Virus record (IMG/VR): IMGVR_UViG_3300020045_011942
Span: 1 to 41,333 of that record
Reading direction: 5' to 3' (one strand)
From: a virus
Taxonomy: Duplodnaviria; Caudoviricetes
DNA length: 41,333 bases
Of the stretch, positions 18,401-26,084 are shown piece after piece. Position numbers and translations under genes: made by a program. The number at the start of each line of letters is the position of its first letter. Positions within the stretch are counted from its first letter, which is position 1. The notes beneath the pieces are model-generated. The model did no database searches, was not told the origin of the DNA, and saw nothing but the letters and a program-made list of their open reading frames with translations.

Positions 18401-20363
18401 CGTAAAAGATTTTACGGCGGCTCGAGATGAAGCGAAAGATTACTTTAATCGTGAAGTGATAAAAGATGTTCACAAAATAAATAGTGAACTGGAAGGCTGG
18501 GTGCATCGCTATTGGGAAGAAGACTCCGGCGGTATTGGGGGAGATAAGTTAAAACTAAAAACCGCTTCTGCAAAGAAGCAGCGCAAAGGGGCAGAAGGCT
18601 ACGTCGAGGATCTCCAGAAAGCGATGACGAAGGCACTCACGGAACTTGAAACAACGAAGGCATATAACTCATTTATTGACGACTACTTCGCGATGGTTTC
18701 AAAGCCAATTGCAAAAGGGGCGCTCCCCGAAAAAGGGTGGGTTGAAGTTCAAGGGGACGTCAAAAAAGGAGGCGTCGGCACCCCAGGACAAACAAAAACC
18801 ATCGTCATAAATGACGGGAAAGGAGTTCCCATTGAGCGAGCTCGCTACCAGATGCCAGCAAAGATCTATCAGCGGTTCCAAATGATCCGCGAGTTAGCTA
18901 TTGAGGCGTCCACTGCTGTTCGAGTCGTTAACTCACTCTCTCGTTATTGGAGAGTAAACATTCTCGTCCATCCCGGATCAGCGGCAACAAACTTCTTTTC
19001 CGGGGGAATCCAATACGGAACAAAAGTCCTCACCGATTTCTATACCGAAGCGCTCACTGGATCGGTAACAATGCCAAAGACGCGACAGAACATCTACTCA
19101 ATGTTCACTGTCCTTTCTCCGACCGGTTGGCAGGACGCTCCGGATTGGGTCTATGGCGGGGACATGTCGAACTTCTATGGACAGTTCGGTACTGAGAAAA
19201 CTCCGGGAATAAAAGCGCTGGATACTACAGTTGACGCATACGCTGACAAAGCACTAAAGATATACGGTCTGGTGGAACGCTACTGGAAGAAAGTTATTCT
19301 CCTCTCGGAACAATCCAGCTCTCTCAAGGGACTGAATGAGGTGACAAAAGAGGGACTGCGCCTTCCTACCGAAGAAGAGAAAGCTCTCATTGACGAGATC
19401 AACAAGGAGGTGGATATATTTGCGTACGATTACGATAACGTGCCTACTGCCCTTGATGCATATCAGCAAAGTGCTGTTGCTCAGGCAGTGAAGCCATTCG
19501 TTAAATATCCGTACAAGTATGCAAAACACATCACGCATCTTATTCATGCTGCGTTCGATGGAACCCTTCCGTGGGAAGAGCGCGTAGCAAAGATGCTCAC
19601 ACTAGCAACGATGGTCGCCGTCTTTTCAGCTATCCGCGAGGAACGAAAGAAAGATCGGAAGACACGAGAGGTCAACGAAAATGCTCCAGCACAAGTATCC
19701 ACTCGAGGACGTCTCTTCGTTGGAACGGACGAAGAGGGACGTGAGAAGTTCACGAGGACATCGAAGTATCCATTCCTCAACGTAACCGAAGCCGGCTGGC
19801 AGATCGCAGAAGGAAACTTCGAGACGGCACGTCAGCAAATAACAGATATGGTAGGGGGTGTCGCTCCTGCCGGCCGTATTGCCGCAGCAATGCTTGGTTT
19901 TAAGAACGAATACAATCAATACACACCTATCCAAGTGTCGCTCGGAGAGGAGCTCGCCTCCTTTGTTCCAGGAACACGTATCCTCGCAGACATCTCTCGC
20001 TTCTTTGATCCGTACCAGCGCAAAAAGACAACATTCACACAAGGGCTTACGTCTCTCATTCCCACAACGAGCGAATCCTTGCAAGAAAAACTTCGAGGGG
20101 AAAAGCGTTCAATACAAGTGCCGATTGAGGGAAGCATCCTCGGGAAACCGGAGGAAGGAAGGCAGCGAACAACAACTGACATGCTCCTCAGAAACTATAA
20201 AGAAGATGTCCTCCTCGCGTCCCTTCTCGGTGTCTACGTCACGCGTATTGATCCTAAAGTCGCTGATGCGTTCATCACGCGCAAAGAAGAAAACGACAAG
20301 AAAGCAGAGATCAAGGTACGACGTGAAGCATTGCTGGAAAACATGAGAAAAGCGAGTAAATAA
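15486..20363 (+). CDS. Large internal virion/ejection (polyvalent-type) protein with zincin metallopeptidase motif
   Basis: 1625 aa; Gly/Ala-rich hydrophobic helices; 'TLSHELGHALE' HExxH at 17613-17627 with downstream 'TELLARF'; last long gene of the structural operon. Confidence 0.7.
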   Translation: MSSIDDLIAGKKTPASSGTSAIDSLVTQKKVVATPSVVATPSTPPAKKGFLGRVKDMFTSKPAAPTTAALDQRPKVAQTIPPIPERPVAGSQLKDAYNAYMDQLERKSMSLFSGAVQGGAAMPRAIQQLGDRLVGDRVVAAESDKRLGEDDLAAAFQLRKFKDQLAANKAAGKDSTRLIEGIKKYGGIDPANYPTQNDTQNITTRIQEKGKRAADIVKESAGITPENQRFSDKLVEGFGSSLPYFVPGAGTAAIASRAGAAAKYAMLFGNITSSTLESAAEASQVYDEVKKTKGEREAADAFSRTFLTNAVLLAVTERLGVFNPNVVGAIKKGLISMPTEGFQEAVQQIIQNRESGRPIWEGVLEAGAIGSVVGGVLGTGVGIAQSGSSVPVQLEDKKKETPILPKTPPPTPSKSVYSPPPTPGKSGSFITEKPVPGATYTPVETSKAPEVISIAKGVEPIKQTPSAVDALTGDVTPRALTLKPENLTKLKEERAEQIAKESEGYAGSIPEIAKKQASEEVKKTVTIQGKPLPRIEPVIKKSDLKAMVKTAPVTFTIVDRNGEKVMLYERGNARMVMKPSALGLISDNLPLGDTITIDKNQLKDEGTSYRAVNKNGDVVASLKEDLETDEVDAAKTVDDFKHRIDQLNKFGQRHAILRRSGGLSSKAAGVFRPGKPGEEKQPADRREKGDVRLQNDVVMNPRQYMSTLSHELGHALEYTLTGGINSKTIEVFGKDISKEDQKIIWQELKAVTNDMVGEATAKAGSGYYYMKTELLARFLQSMFISPGKLAELAPTALDYFEKNAVQTPILAEYLEAVYGKIDAGYVRPFFFADMKETYQKVLGARVGEMAWNSEVRYRAMKERAKFLIEKLVTDKFKGVKDAPDLLFRAAESIKVTKDGVPEFGTRDFQYAKTEKEMAKLMIAGYEPVIDEEGNQVFQIEDGEQVLRFAKSRYSPEEAKRLFEQLSPEGQQLVKDFTAARDEAKDYFNREVIKDVHKINSELEGWVHRYWEEDSGGIGGDKLKLKTASAKKQRKGAEGYVEDLQKAMTKALTELETTKAYNSFIDDYFAMVSKPIAKGALPEKGWVEVQGDVKKGGVGTPGQTKTIVINDGKGVPIERARYQMPAKIYQRFQMIRELAIEASTAVRVVNSLSRYWRVNILVHPGSAATNFFSGGIQYGTKVLTDFYTEALTGSVTMPKTRQNIYSMFTVLSPTGWQDAPDWVYGGDMSNFYGQFGTEKTPGIKALDTTVDAYADKALKIYGLVERYWKKVILLSEQSSSLKGLNEVTKEGLRLPTEEEKALIDEINKEVDIFAYDYDNVPTALDAYQQSAVAQAVKPFVKYPYKYAKHITHLIHAAFDGTLPWEERVAKMLTLATMVAVFSAIREERKKDRKTREVNENAPAQVSTRGRLFVGTDEEGREKFTRTSKYPFLNVTEAGWQIAEGNFETARQQITDMVGGVAPAGRIAAAMLGFKNEYNQYTPIQVSLGEELASFVPGTRILADISRFFDPYQRKKTTFTQGLTSLIPTTSESLQEKLRGEKRSIQVPIEGSILGKPEEGRQRTTTDMLLRNYKEDVLLASLLGVYVTRIDPKVADAFITRKEENDKKAEIKVRREALLENMRKASK

Positions 20364-20459
20364 GCCATATTTCGCGTCCACATTTGTGGAGTTTTTTCGC
20401 TGTTTTCGTGCGCAAAAGCGGTACAATTGTGTGGGGATTATTAAACTAGCGTAAAGGTC

Positions 20460-20735
20460 ATGGAACTAATTTTATTATTGCCATTCTTGAACCATCTCGT
20501 GATGTCCGGGATCAAATGGTTTGGGAACCAGAAGTGGTTTAGTGGACAGTCTCGTCACCCTCGTCTGCAATTGGTGCTCGTTGTCTTATCGCTCTTGGGA
20601 GTTATCTCCTCGGCAGCTTTGAGCGGCGATCCGATTGATCCGGGGCGTGTATGGGATCTTGTAATGATGATATTCGATACGACCATCGTAGCGACCATAT
20701 CTCACTACTCGTACAAAGCAATAAAGAACGCGTAA
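20460..20735 (+). CDS. Small membrane protein (holin/antiholin-like)
   Basis: 2-3 hydrophobic segments, basic C-terminus, convergent with the endolysin; TACAAT -10-like site at 20422-20427. Confidence 0.55.
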   Translation: MELILLLPFLNHLVMSGIKWFGNQKWFSGQSRHPRLQLVLVVLSLLGVISSAALSGDPIDPGRVWDLVMMIFDTTIVATISHYSYKAIKNA

Positions 20736-20780
20736 AACAAAAAGCCTCGGTACGTGCGCTTACCAGAGGCTTTTTGTTTT
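20734..20780. terminator. Bidirectional intrinsic terminator
   Basis: aaaacaaaaagcctc-ggta-cgtgcgct-tacc-a-gaggctttttgtttt; A-tract and T-tract flanks; sits between convergent genes. Confidence 0.85.
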
Positions 20781-20821
20781 ATATTCGTGGCACGCAATAT
20801 TTCCCCCGCCACGAACACACG

Positions 20822-21481
20822 CTACTTCTTCAATAATTTCAACATATTTTCGAGAAGTTGAATAAGCATTTTCTGTAGAGTAATCACTTGCGGGACATCG
20901 ACAGCGTGGATGTCTAGGAAGTGCGGCATGGGATCAATGGCACCGAACCATCCGTTGTCCTGATGTACGTTATAAATACTTTTTTCGTCCGGGTAATACA
21001 TGACGGGCTTCAATTCGAAGTGGTCATGGTCGCCGGCGGATACTCCGGTATTATCGGATGTTCCAAGAAGATCTCCGGCCTTCACTTTCTGTCCGAGCTT
21101 CACCTCGATGGACTGCAAGTGCCAGTTACGGTACTTAGCGTAATGCGTCCCCCACGCCCCCATGTCATATTTCTTATCGGTTACGATACCGATACCTAAA
21201 CCTCGTTCAATCTCTGTGTTCACCTCTTCAACGGTGCCGTCAGCAGACGCATAGATCCCGAAACCGCGAGGACCGTAGAGATCTAGTCCAGTGTGTCCTT
21301 TTTTCATGCCAAGGAGGGGGTACAGTTCCACATATCCTACGGGGCACACACCATTCACCTTCCCCACAACCTTCCTTTTTGTAACGGGGAGAGTGGAATT
21401 ACCGTCAACACACGCTTGATTATCCGCGAATGCCTGGTTTACCCTAAATGGCTTAATTGGGTAGTATAGAAACTTCTCCAT
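20822..21481 (-). CDS. M23 family peptidase, probable endolysin
   Basis: 'GHTGLDL' (HxxxD), 'WHLQSIEVKLGQKVKAGDLLG..DNTG.SAGDHDHFE' (HxH); start at MEKFLYY with TATAAT 9 nt upstream. Confidence 0.88.
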   Translation of the reverse strand: MEKFLYYPIKPFRVNQAFADNQACVDGNSTLPVTKRKVVGKVNGVCPVGYVELYPLLGMKKGHTGLDLYGPRGFGIYASADGTVEEVNTEIERGLGIGIVTDKKYDMGAWGTHYAKYRNWHLQSIEVKLGQKVKAGDLLGTSDNTGVSAGDHDHFELKPVMYYPDEKSIYNVHQDNGWFGAIDPMPHFLDIHAVDVPQVITLQKMLIQLLENMLKLLKK

Positions 21482-21540
21482 ATCTTCATCATTATACCGT
21501 ACAGAAATGCGGGTTTTGTGGAGATCCCGCGACTCCCTGT

Positions 21541-21849
21541 TTATATGCCCGTTCTTCCGAGTAAGCAGTACAGCTTCTCTGGCGAAAAACAGGCATGTGC
21601 CTTTTGACTGTCGAACTCTTCCCACTTGAAGTCGGAAGGGAACACAGCCGTCCCGTGCTTGGTGGTGATCCTCATTGAACCATCACCGAGGCGCACTACA
21701 TTGATGATGGGGGCACAATCATTCCCTCCACAGCAATGAGCTGGATAGGCGTACAATTCTCCTTCTTCTTTGTGTGCGAGGGCAACTCCTGCGGCGATGG
21801 TCAGCAACACTGCGCACAGTGTGCCGATTATCGTAAGCAGTCGTTCCAT
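21541..21849 (-). CDS. Secreted Cys-rich small protein
   Basis: Signal peptide ending ALA-H; 'YPAHCCGGNDCAP...HACF...LYCL'; AGGAG SD 6 nt before ATG. Confidence 0.75.
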   Translation of the reverse strand: MERLLTIIGTLCAVLLTIAAGVALAHKEEGELYAYPAHCCGGNDCAPIINVVRLGDGSMRITTKHGTAVFPSDFKWEEFDSQKAHACFSPEKLYCLLGRTGI

Positions 21850-21860
21850 GAGCTTCTCCT

Positions 21861-21992
21861 ATCTCCCGCTTCTTGTGCGGGGTGTCGGATTGAATGGATC
21901 TGTAAAACACAGCCCTCGAAAGGATTGTCAGGAAATACATTCCTGTATCTCCAATCCTTCAATCCAACACTCCGTGCAAGAGTGGTGGGGAT
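21861..21992. ncRNA. Long imperfect stem-loop (about 30 bp stem with two internal hairpins)
   Basis: tcttgtgcggggtgtcggattgaa pairs with ttcaatccaacactccgtgcaaga; loop holds acagccct-cgaa-aggattgt and caggaa/ttcctg hairpins. Confidence 0.6.
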
Positions 21993-22042
21993 TGTTTAAC
22001 GTCTAACCCCCAAACGACATCTCGTGCGCCTAGTGGCGAACT

Positions 22043-22258
22043 TCAGAAGCCACTGCCTGACTCCCACCAATTTGGTTTTTGTCGGGGGCGTCGGCCCTCG
22101 AGCGGTCTGCCTTCGTATGCCATATCAAAGACATTCGATTGCTTGATCCACTCGTTCGAGCATTCGTGAGAACAAAAGATTCGTTCTCCGATGTTGACGT
22201 GCGGTCGGTTGACCACGCTCACGAGCTTACTGCAAGTAGGTAACGCGCAGCGATGCAT
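22043..22258 (-). CDS. Small Zn-binding protein (CxxxxC...FCSxxC, TRASH/YHS/MYM-like)
   Basis: 'RCALPTCSK...RIFCSHECSNEW'; GGAGGT SD 5 nt before ATG. Confidence 0.7.
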   Translation of the reverse strand: MHRCALPTCSKLVSVVNRPHVNIGERIFCSHECSNEWIKQSNVFDMAYEGRPLEGRRPRQKPNWWESGSGF

Positions 22259-22291
22259 GACGTACCTCCGTTATCCCACCCACAGCTGCGT

Positions 22292-22340
22292 GAGTAGGGA
22301 GCATGAGGCAGTTTCCCTACGTGCCCCATACTCTCTACTC
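22292..22340 (-). promoter_or_regulatory. 19-bp 5' leader hairpin just downstream of a TACAAT -10-like site (22352-22357, minus strand)
   Basis: Minus strand gagtagagagtatggggca pairs with tgcctcatgctccctactc (2 G-U, 1 mismatch). Confidence 0.6.
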
Positions 22341-22398
22341 GCTACGTCTTAATTGTACTTCATAGAAAACACACACAAACTCATGCCTGTGTAGAACC

Positions 22399-22498
22399 AT
22401 CAGCACCACTGTGAGAGATTAAAGTGGAAACCAGCGACGACAATCCCCCAAGGAGAAAAAGTGACAACTAGACTTTAATCCCTCACGGTAGCGCCGAT
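22399..22498 (-). other. 26-27 bp imperfect inverted repeat/RNA hairpin
   Basis: Minus strand tcggcgctaccgtgagggattaaagt pairs with actttaatctctcacagtggtgctga (4 G-U, 1 C-A). Confidence 0.7.
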
Positions 22499-22677
22499 CA
22501 TGACTTCTTTTGTATAGGTGTAATGGTGACTGTGCAGTGGACAATTTTGTGGGTTCCTGCGCAATCCTTGATCGTTTCTTTGAGGGCGCGTGCTTCTGCT
22601 TTGGTAGCCAGGACGCCGCAAATTAGGTTGTGGCACATGACTGCGTAGTAGGTGTCCGTTCCTTTGATTGTTTTCAT
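22498..22677 (-). CDS. Hypothetical protein
   Basis: MKTIKGTDTYY...; start immediately after the upstream stop. Confidence 0.55.
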   Translation of the reverse strand: MKTIKGTDTYYAVMCHNLICGVLATKAEARALKETIKDCAGTHKIVHCTVTITPIQKKS

Positions 22678-22678
22678 A

Positions 22679-23302
22679 CTACTTCTTTTGAATGAGAGAG
22701 AGGATGTCGTTGAGGGCGGCAACATATCCAGTACCAGCATCGTCGCCAGGACAGCACCCTCCTCCTTCCTTCTCCAAGATTTCGTACCCCTTTGCTTCTT
22801 CGTCTTCGGGCCGCAACTTCTGTATTTTCTCCACCAACTCCACCTCTCTCTCCTGTAGGAGGCGGTGGATGAGTGGGAGATATTCGCGTACTTCTTTGCG
22901 GTCGCTTTCCTTTTCTGCTTCGCTCAATTCCCTATAAGTTTGGTTTATTTGTTTCTGCCATCGTTCTCGAAGAGGACGCGGCAAAATCCAGTCGCCAAAA
23001 CTATTTACGTCGCAAGAGTTGTGAACGTGACTTTGCCATCTACTCCATCGCGCATGTTCAAGTCGCGCCGCTTCTTCAATGAATTCTTTCTCCCACCCTC
23101 CCTCTTGTGTGGACTTGGAATGGTGACATAAACACTCACCTCGGCAAGTGTCTGTTGGGTTGTTAGGGGCGGGACAGCCGCAGCAGGTGTTCTCTTGTGT
23201 GGGGGAGGGACCGCAGGTGCAGTAGAAGCGTTCAACGATGCTCCCGCGGTGGACATTCTTTGCGGGGCAATTTTCGGCGTGTTTGTTCTCTTCATTGTTC
23301 AT
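22679..23302 (-). CDS. Hypothetical protein with Cys-rich N-terminus and RyR-like domain
   Basis: 'AARLEHARWSRWQ...QTYRELSEAEKESDR' resembles the RyR repeat seen in phage proteins. Confidence 0.6.
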   Translation of the reverse strand: MNNEENKHAENCPAKNVHRGSIVERFYCTCGPSPTQENTCCGCPAPNNPTDTCRGECLCHHSKSTQEGGWEKEFIEEAARLEHARWSRWQSHVHNSCDVNSFGDWILPRPLRERWQKQINQTYRELSEAEKESDRKEVREYLPLIHRLLQEREVELVEKIQKLRPEDEEAKGYEILEKEGGGCCPGDDAGTGYVAALNDILSLIQKK

Positions 23303-23796
23303 AAACGCTTTAAATCTTTTACTTTGAATATGTGTAGGAGGAGGAAATTATCCATCTCTACAACTGCGTACTCACCACCGTTCGATGGAGTGAAGAGCGA
23401 CACAATGGTGCCAGGGAAGCGGTAGTTTTCGCTAATGCGGTCTACTTTGTCGCCGATTTTTAGAGGGTTATTTTGTGTGGTGGTGGAGGAGGTGGTCATT
23501 TGGATTCTTGCATCAGCGGCGCGCTCCTCTGGTGTTCGCGCATCTACATAGTTCCTCACTTCAGACACAGATAGGTCACACCCCACATGCCCATGTTCTT
23601 GAGTACAGCCTTGGTGTGTGCCACCAAGCGGGTCGTTTCTTAGGTCAGTGCAGCCGGAGCAATGATGTTGTAGTTCTGGGTCAGTGCATTTTATAGATAT
23701 GTGTGAGAGAACATTGCCGCTGTCATAACAATATTTGCGGCAGTTCCGAAGATTAGGAAAGCTCTTTGTGTTGGTGTCATAGATAGGATTACACAA
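23299..23796 (-). CDS. Hypothetical protein, C-terminal SH3/KOW-like domain (start uncertain)
   Basis: 'LKIGDKVDRISENYRFPGTIVSLF...YAVVE'; the true start may be the internal Met near 23499. Confidence 0.45.
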   Translation of the reverse strand: MCNPIYDTNTKSFPNLRNCRKYCYDSGNVLSHISIKCTDPELQHHCSGCTDLRNDPLGGTHQGCTQEHGHVGCDLSVSEVRNYVDARTPEERAADARIQMTTSSTTTQNNPLKIGDKVDRISENYRFPGTIVSLFTPSNGGEYAVVEMDNFLLLHIFKVKDLKRL

Positions 23797-23798
23797 AA

Positions 23799-23948
23799 TT
23801 ACATGAACATACTAATGAGGGTGAAGAGCCCTATAAGTGCGAGTGAAATAAACCCGCTCACCAAAATAAACGCCAGAAAAACTCCTGCCTTCTCAAGGTG
23901 AGGGTAGTGGTTTTGTTTGCATTCAGGGCAGAGATGGAGGTCGTTCAT
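23799..23948 (-). CDS. 49-aa membrane protein with CxxC (not in ORF track)
   Basis: Hand translation: MNDLHLCPECKQNHYPHLEKAGVFLAFILVSGFISLALIGLFTLISMFM. Confidence 0.6.
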   Translation of the reverse strand: MNDLHLCPECKQNHYPHLEKAGVFLAFILVSGFISLALIGLFTLISMFM

Positions 23949-23956
23949 AGATAGGA

Positions 23957-24277
23957 TTACTTAGATTTATTAAGAGCGAGATATAGGTTTACTACTGCAA
24001 TTTTTGGGGTTGAGCCGCTCTCTTGTCCGAGCTTCTTTCGAGTATCAGTATTCCAAGCGTCTGCCCACCATTTGCCGTCTATTTTTTCGAGCGTACGGAA
24101 ATGTTCGCACTCTTCAATCAATTCTTCGAGGGTGGGTACGAAAGCAGCTTTGTATGCCATTTCTTTATCTGCGAGCGTGACGCCTTCTGGGAATAAATAA
24201 TGACCTTTGAGAGAGCCATCTTCTTTGAATTGCGGGAATCCCGCCTTCTTGAGGGCCAAAGCTGTTTCGTAGTTCAT
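23957..24277 (-). CDS. Hypothetical phage protein
   Basis: 'MNYETALALKKAGFPQ...PTLEELIEEC...TPKIAVVNLYLALN'. Confidence 0.7.
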   Translation of the reverse strand: MNYETALALKKAGFPQFKEDGSLKGHYLFPEGVTLADKEMAYKAAFVPTLEELIEECEHFRTLEKIDGKWWADAWNTDTRKKLGQESGSTPKIAVVNLYLALNKSK

Positions 24278-24281
24278 AAGA

Positions 24282-24488
24282 TTACTTCTTGGGGAGTTTG
24301 TAAGTGATGGTGACGTGAACTAGGATGCGGCCAGAATGTTGGTATTCTTGAGCACTTTTCTTGTTTCCGTACACGTGGAGAGCAGCAACTCGATCTCTTA
24401 TTTCGTGTACTGCAATTGCGCCCCTCTTTGAGTTGAGTAAGGCCCACACCTTCACCTTCCTCTCTCTTCCTGATGGTTTGGATTTCAT
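24282..24488 (-). CDS. Basic hypothetical protein
   Basis: ATGA overlap with the upstream gene. Confidence 0.5.
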   Translation of the reverse strand: MKSKPSGRERKVKVWALLNSKRGAIAVHEIRDRVAALHVYGNKKSAQEYQHSGRILVHVTITYKLPKK

Positions 24489-24733
24489 ACAATACTCTTG
24501 ATTTCTTCGGCGAGAATACGAACGACGGGCAATGGGTTGCGATACTTCTCAACGCAGAACTTCACCACTGCGTGCAAAAGCATATCAGTCCGAATGTTCT
24601 GGTTCATCGTCATGCCGTAAGCAGATTGCCCCTCACTAGGTGGGTCGAATACGCCATTATCACGCAGGTACTTTAATAGAGCTTGTTCTGCTAAAGCTTT
24701 TCGGCTTAATGGGCTTAAAATATCGTGTTCCAT
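24485..24733 (-). CDS. Hypothetical protein
   Basis: 82-aa ORF in the packed leftward operon. Confidence 0.6.
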   Translation of the reverse strand: MEHDILSPLSRKALAEQALLKYLRDNGVFDPPSEGQSAYGMTMNQNIRTDMLLHAVVKFCVEKYRNPLPVVRILAEEIKSIV

Positions 24734-24758
24734 ACCTAGAGTAAGTTACTTGTAAGGG

Positions 24759-25049
24759 TTAGGAGAGATAATCAGTTCGTTGCGCAAGTCCGGCCAAACC
24801 GCTGTGCTTTTCCAGTTCTTTGAGGGGGATAACAATCTTTCCGTCTTGGTGGCTGTGCTCTTTAAGGCGTTCAATGTGGCCTTCTACGTTACAAACACGA
24901 TTGGTGAGATAGCGGAAGTCTCGCAATTCCGCGCGGATTTTCTCTAACTTTTCCTCGGTAGTGCAGTCATCCCACTTCTTTTCTAAGGTCGCGCGAAGTT
25001 TAATGTGATCTTCAATGCTTTTATTTGTTGCTCCTGTTATTGGTTCCAT
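24759..25049 (-). CDS. Coiled-coil hypothetical protein
   Basis: 96-aa ORF in the leftward operon. Confidence 0.6.
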   Translation of the reverse strand: MEPITGATNKSIEDHIKLRATLEKKWDDCTTEEKLEKIRAELRDFRYLTNRVCNVEGHIERLKEHSHQDGKIVIPLKELEKHSGLAGLAQRTDYLS

Positions 25050-25097
25050 ACTGTTCTAGTTACTTGTAATGAGTCGCACCATGTATATGGTGCGAAG

Positions 25098-25271
25098 TTA
25101 TTGCTCCCACCCTTTGTGGTTGTTTATCATTGAAGTGAACTCATCGAAAAGGCTGCTGACTTCGCCGCGGCTGGGTATGGACACTTCAAAGCGTCTTTCG
25201 TCTTCGTAATGATCCCCGACGCTGTTCGGAGTTGTGACTTTGATGATGATCGTTAAAAATTCCTTGTCCAT
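25098..25271 (-). CDS. 57-aa hypothetical protein (not in ORF track)
   Basis: Hand translation MDKEFLTIIIKVTTPNSVGD...GWEQ; fills the gap and is followed by a hairpin at 25074-25095. Confidence 0.55.
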   Translation of the reverse strand: MDKEFLTIIIKVTTPNSVGDHYEDERRFEVSIPSRGEVSSLFDEFTSMINNHKGWEQ

Positions 25272-25272
25272 A

Positions 25273-25374
25273 TTAGTTGTTTGTTGCCCAAATGTAGCTC
25301 ATAAATGTGAGCGCTAGTAATGCCACAATTCTGACTGCTGCGTGGAGTATGATTTCAAGTTTGTCTTTATCCAT
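25273..25374 (-). CDS. 33-aa single-TM peptide (not in ORF track)
   Basis: MDKDKLEIILHAAVRIVALLALTFMSYIWATNN. Confidence 0.45.
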   Translation of the reverse strand: MDKDKLEIILHAAVRIVALLALTFMSYIWATNN

Positions 25375-25384
25375 AATGGTTATG

Positions 25385-25831
25385 TCACACGACGTTAATT
25401 AGTAATTCAGGGTTCTCATAGATGTTCCCGATGACTTCTATGTCTTTGGGCATCGGGAGTGCCTTATCGAAGGGGAACCAGCCGTAGTACCTGAACTCGA
25501 CGGCAAAGGGTTTATCCAATCCCTCTAAGAAGCCCTCGACCTTATCAAGACCACCCCAGTCTACTTGCACAATATCCCCCTCATATATCTCTTTTCCATT
25601 CTTGTCTTTTAATCCCGTGAACTGCATAAGTTCAATGGTTCCAAAGACACAGAAATGTCCTTTCTTAATACCGTCTACGCTCATGATAAGAGAACCATCT
25701 TCGTCTCTTCTTGTCTGGCTTGGAGTGGGGGAATTGCCAACGAGAAAAGCTCCCTTCTCAAAATTTATCGTTGTTACCGGACACATGACTTGCTCAATTT
25801 TGTCCCACGCCCTGAATTTAATCTCTCTCAT
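25385..25831 (-). CDS. YopX family protein
   Basis: 'MREIKFRAWDK', 'LMQFTGLKDKNGKEIYEGDIV', 'EVIGNIYENPELL'. Confidence 0.93.
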   Translation of the reverse strand: MREIKFRAWDKIEQVMCPVTTINFEKGAFLVGNSPTPSQTRRDEDGSLIMSVDGIKKGHFCVFGTIELMQFTGLKDKNGKEIYEGDIVQVDWGGLDKVEGFLEGLDKPFAVEFRYYGWFPFDKALPMPKDIEVIGNIYENPELLINVV

Positions 25832-25865
25832 ATCTGATAATACTTATCAATAATGCGGCGGAGGG

Positions 25866-26084
25866 TCATAGGAAGAAAAGCCATCCTAAGAATAAGAAAT
25901 ACGCCATAGCTGTCGCGACAAAGAGAGTGGCGAGAATCGCGACAGGCGATACCCACGAAAGGGAGGCTGCCTCATCATGTCCTCCCTCTTGAATGCTTCC
26001 GTCAGCAAGTCTATTGGGGCACGCACATTCCCGTGTGGGGGATATCTGTTTATTGCATGTTTGGCACGAAGTAGTGTAGTTCAT
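25866..26084 (-). CDS. Small protein with Cys motif and C-terminal TM helix
   Basis: CQTC...CAC followed by a hydrophobic tail. Confidence 0.55.
   Translation of the reverse strand: MNYTTSCQTCNKQISPTRECACPNRLADGSIQEGGHDEAASLSWVSPVAILATLFVATAMAYFLFLGWLFFL

Noticed and set aside
15486-20363. Tape measure protein or virion RNA polymerase
   Set aside because: No tail tube/chaperone genes nearby, no periodic aromatic repeats and no polymerase catalytic motifs recognised.
21994-22007. GTTTAAC/GTCTAAC resembling integron attC core sites next to long palindromes
   Set aside because: The complementary RYYYAAC/GTTRRRY boxes do not bracket the hairpins as in attC, and no integron integrase is present.
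21861-22498. tRNA or known riboswitch in the structured intergenic segments
   Set aside because: No cloverleaf, T-loop or recognisable aptamer consensus by eye; an Rfam/tRNAscan search is needed to exclude this formally.
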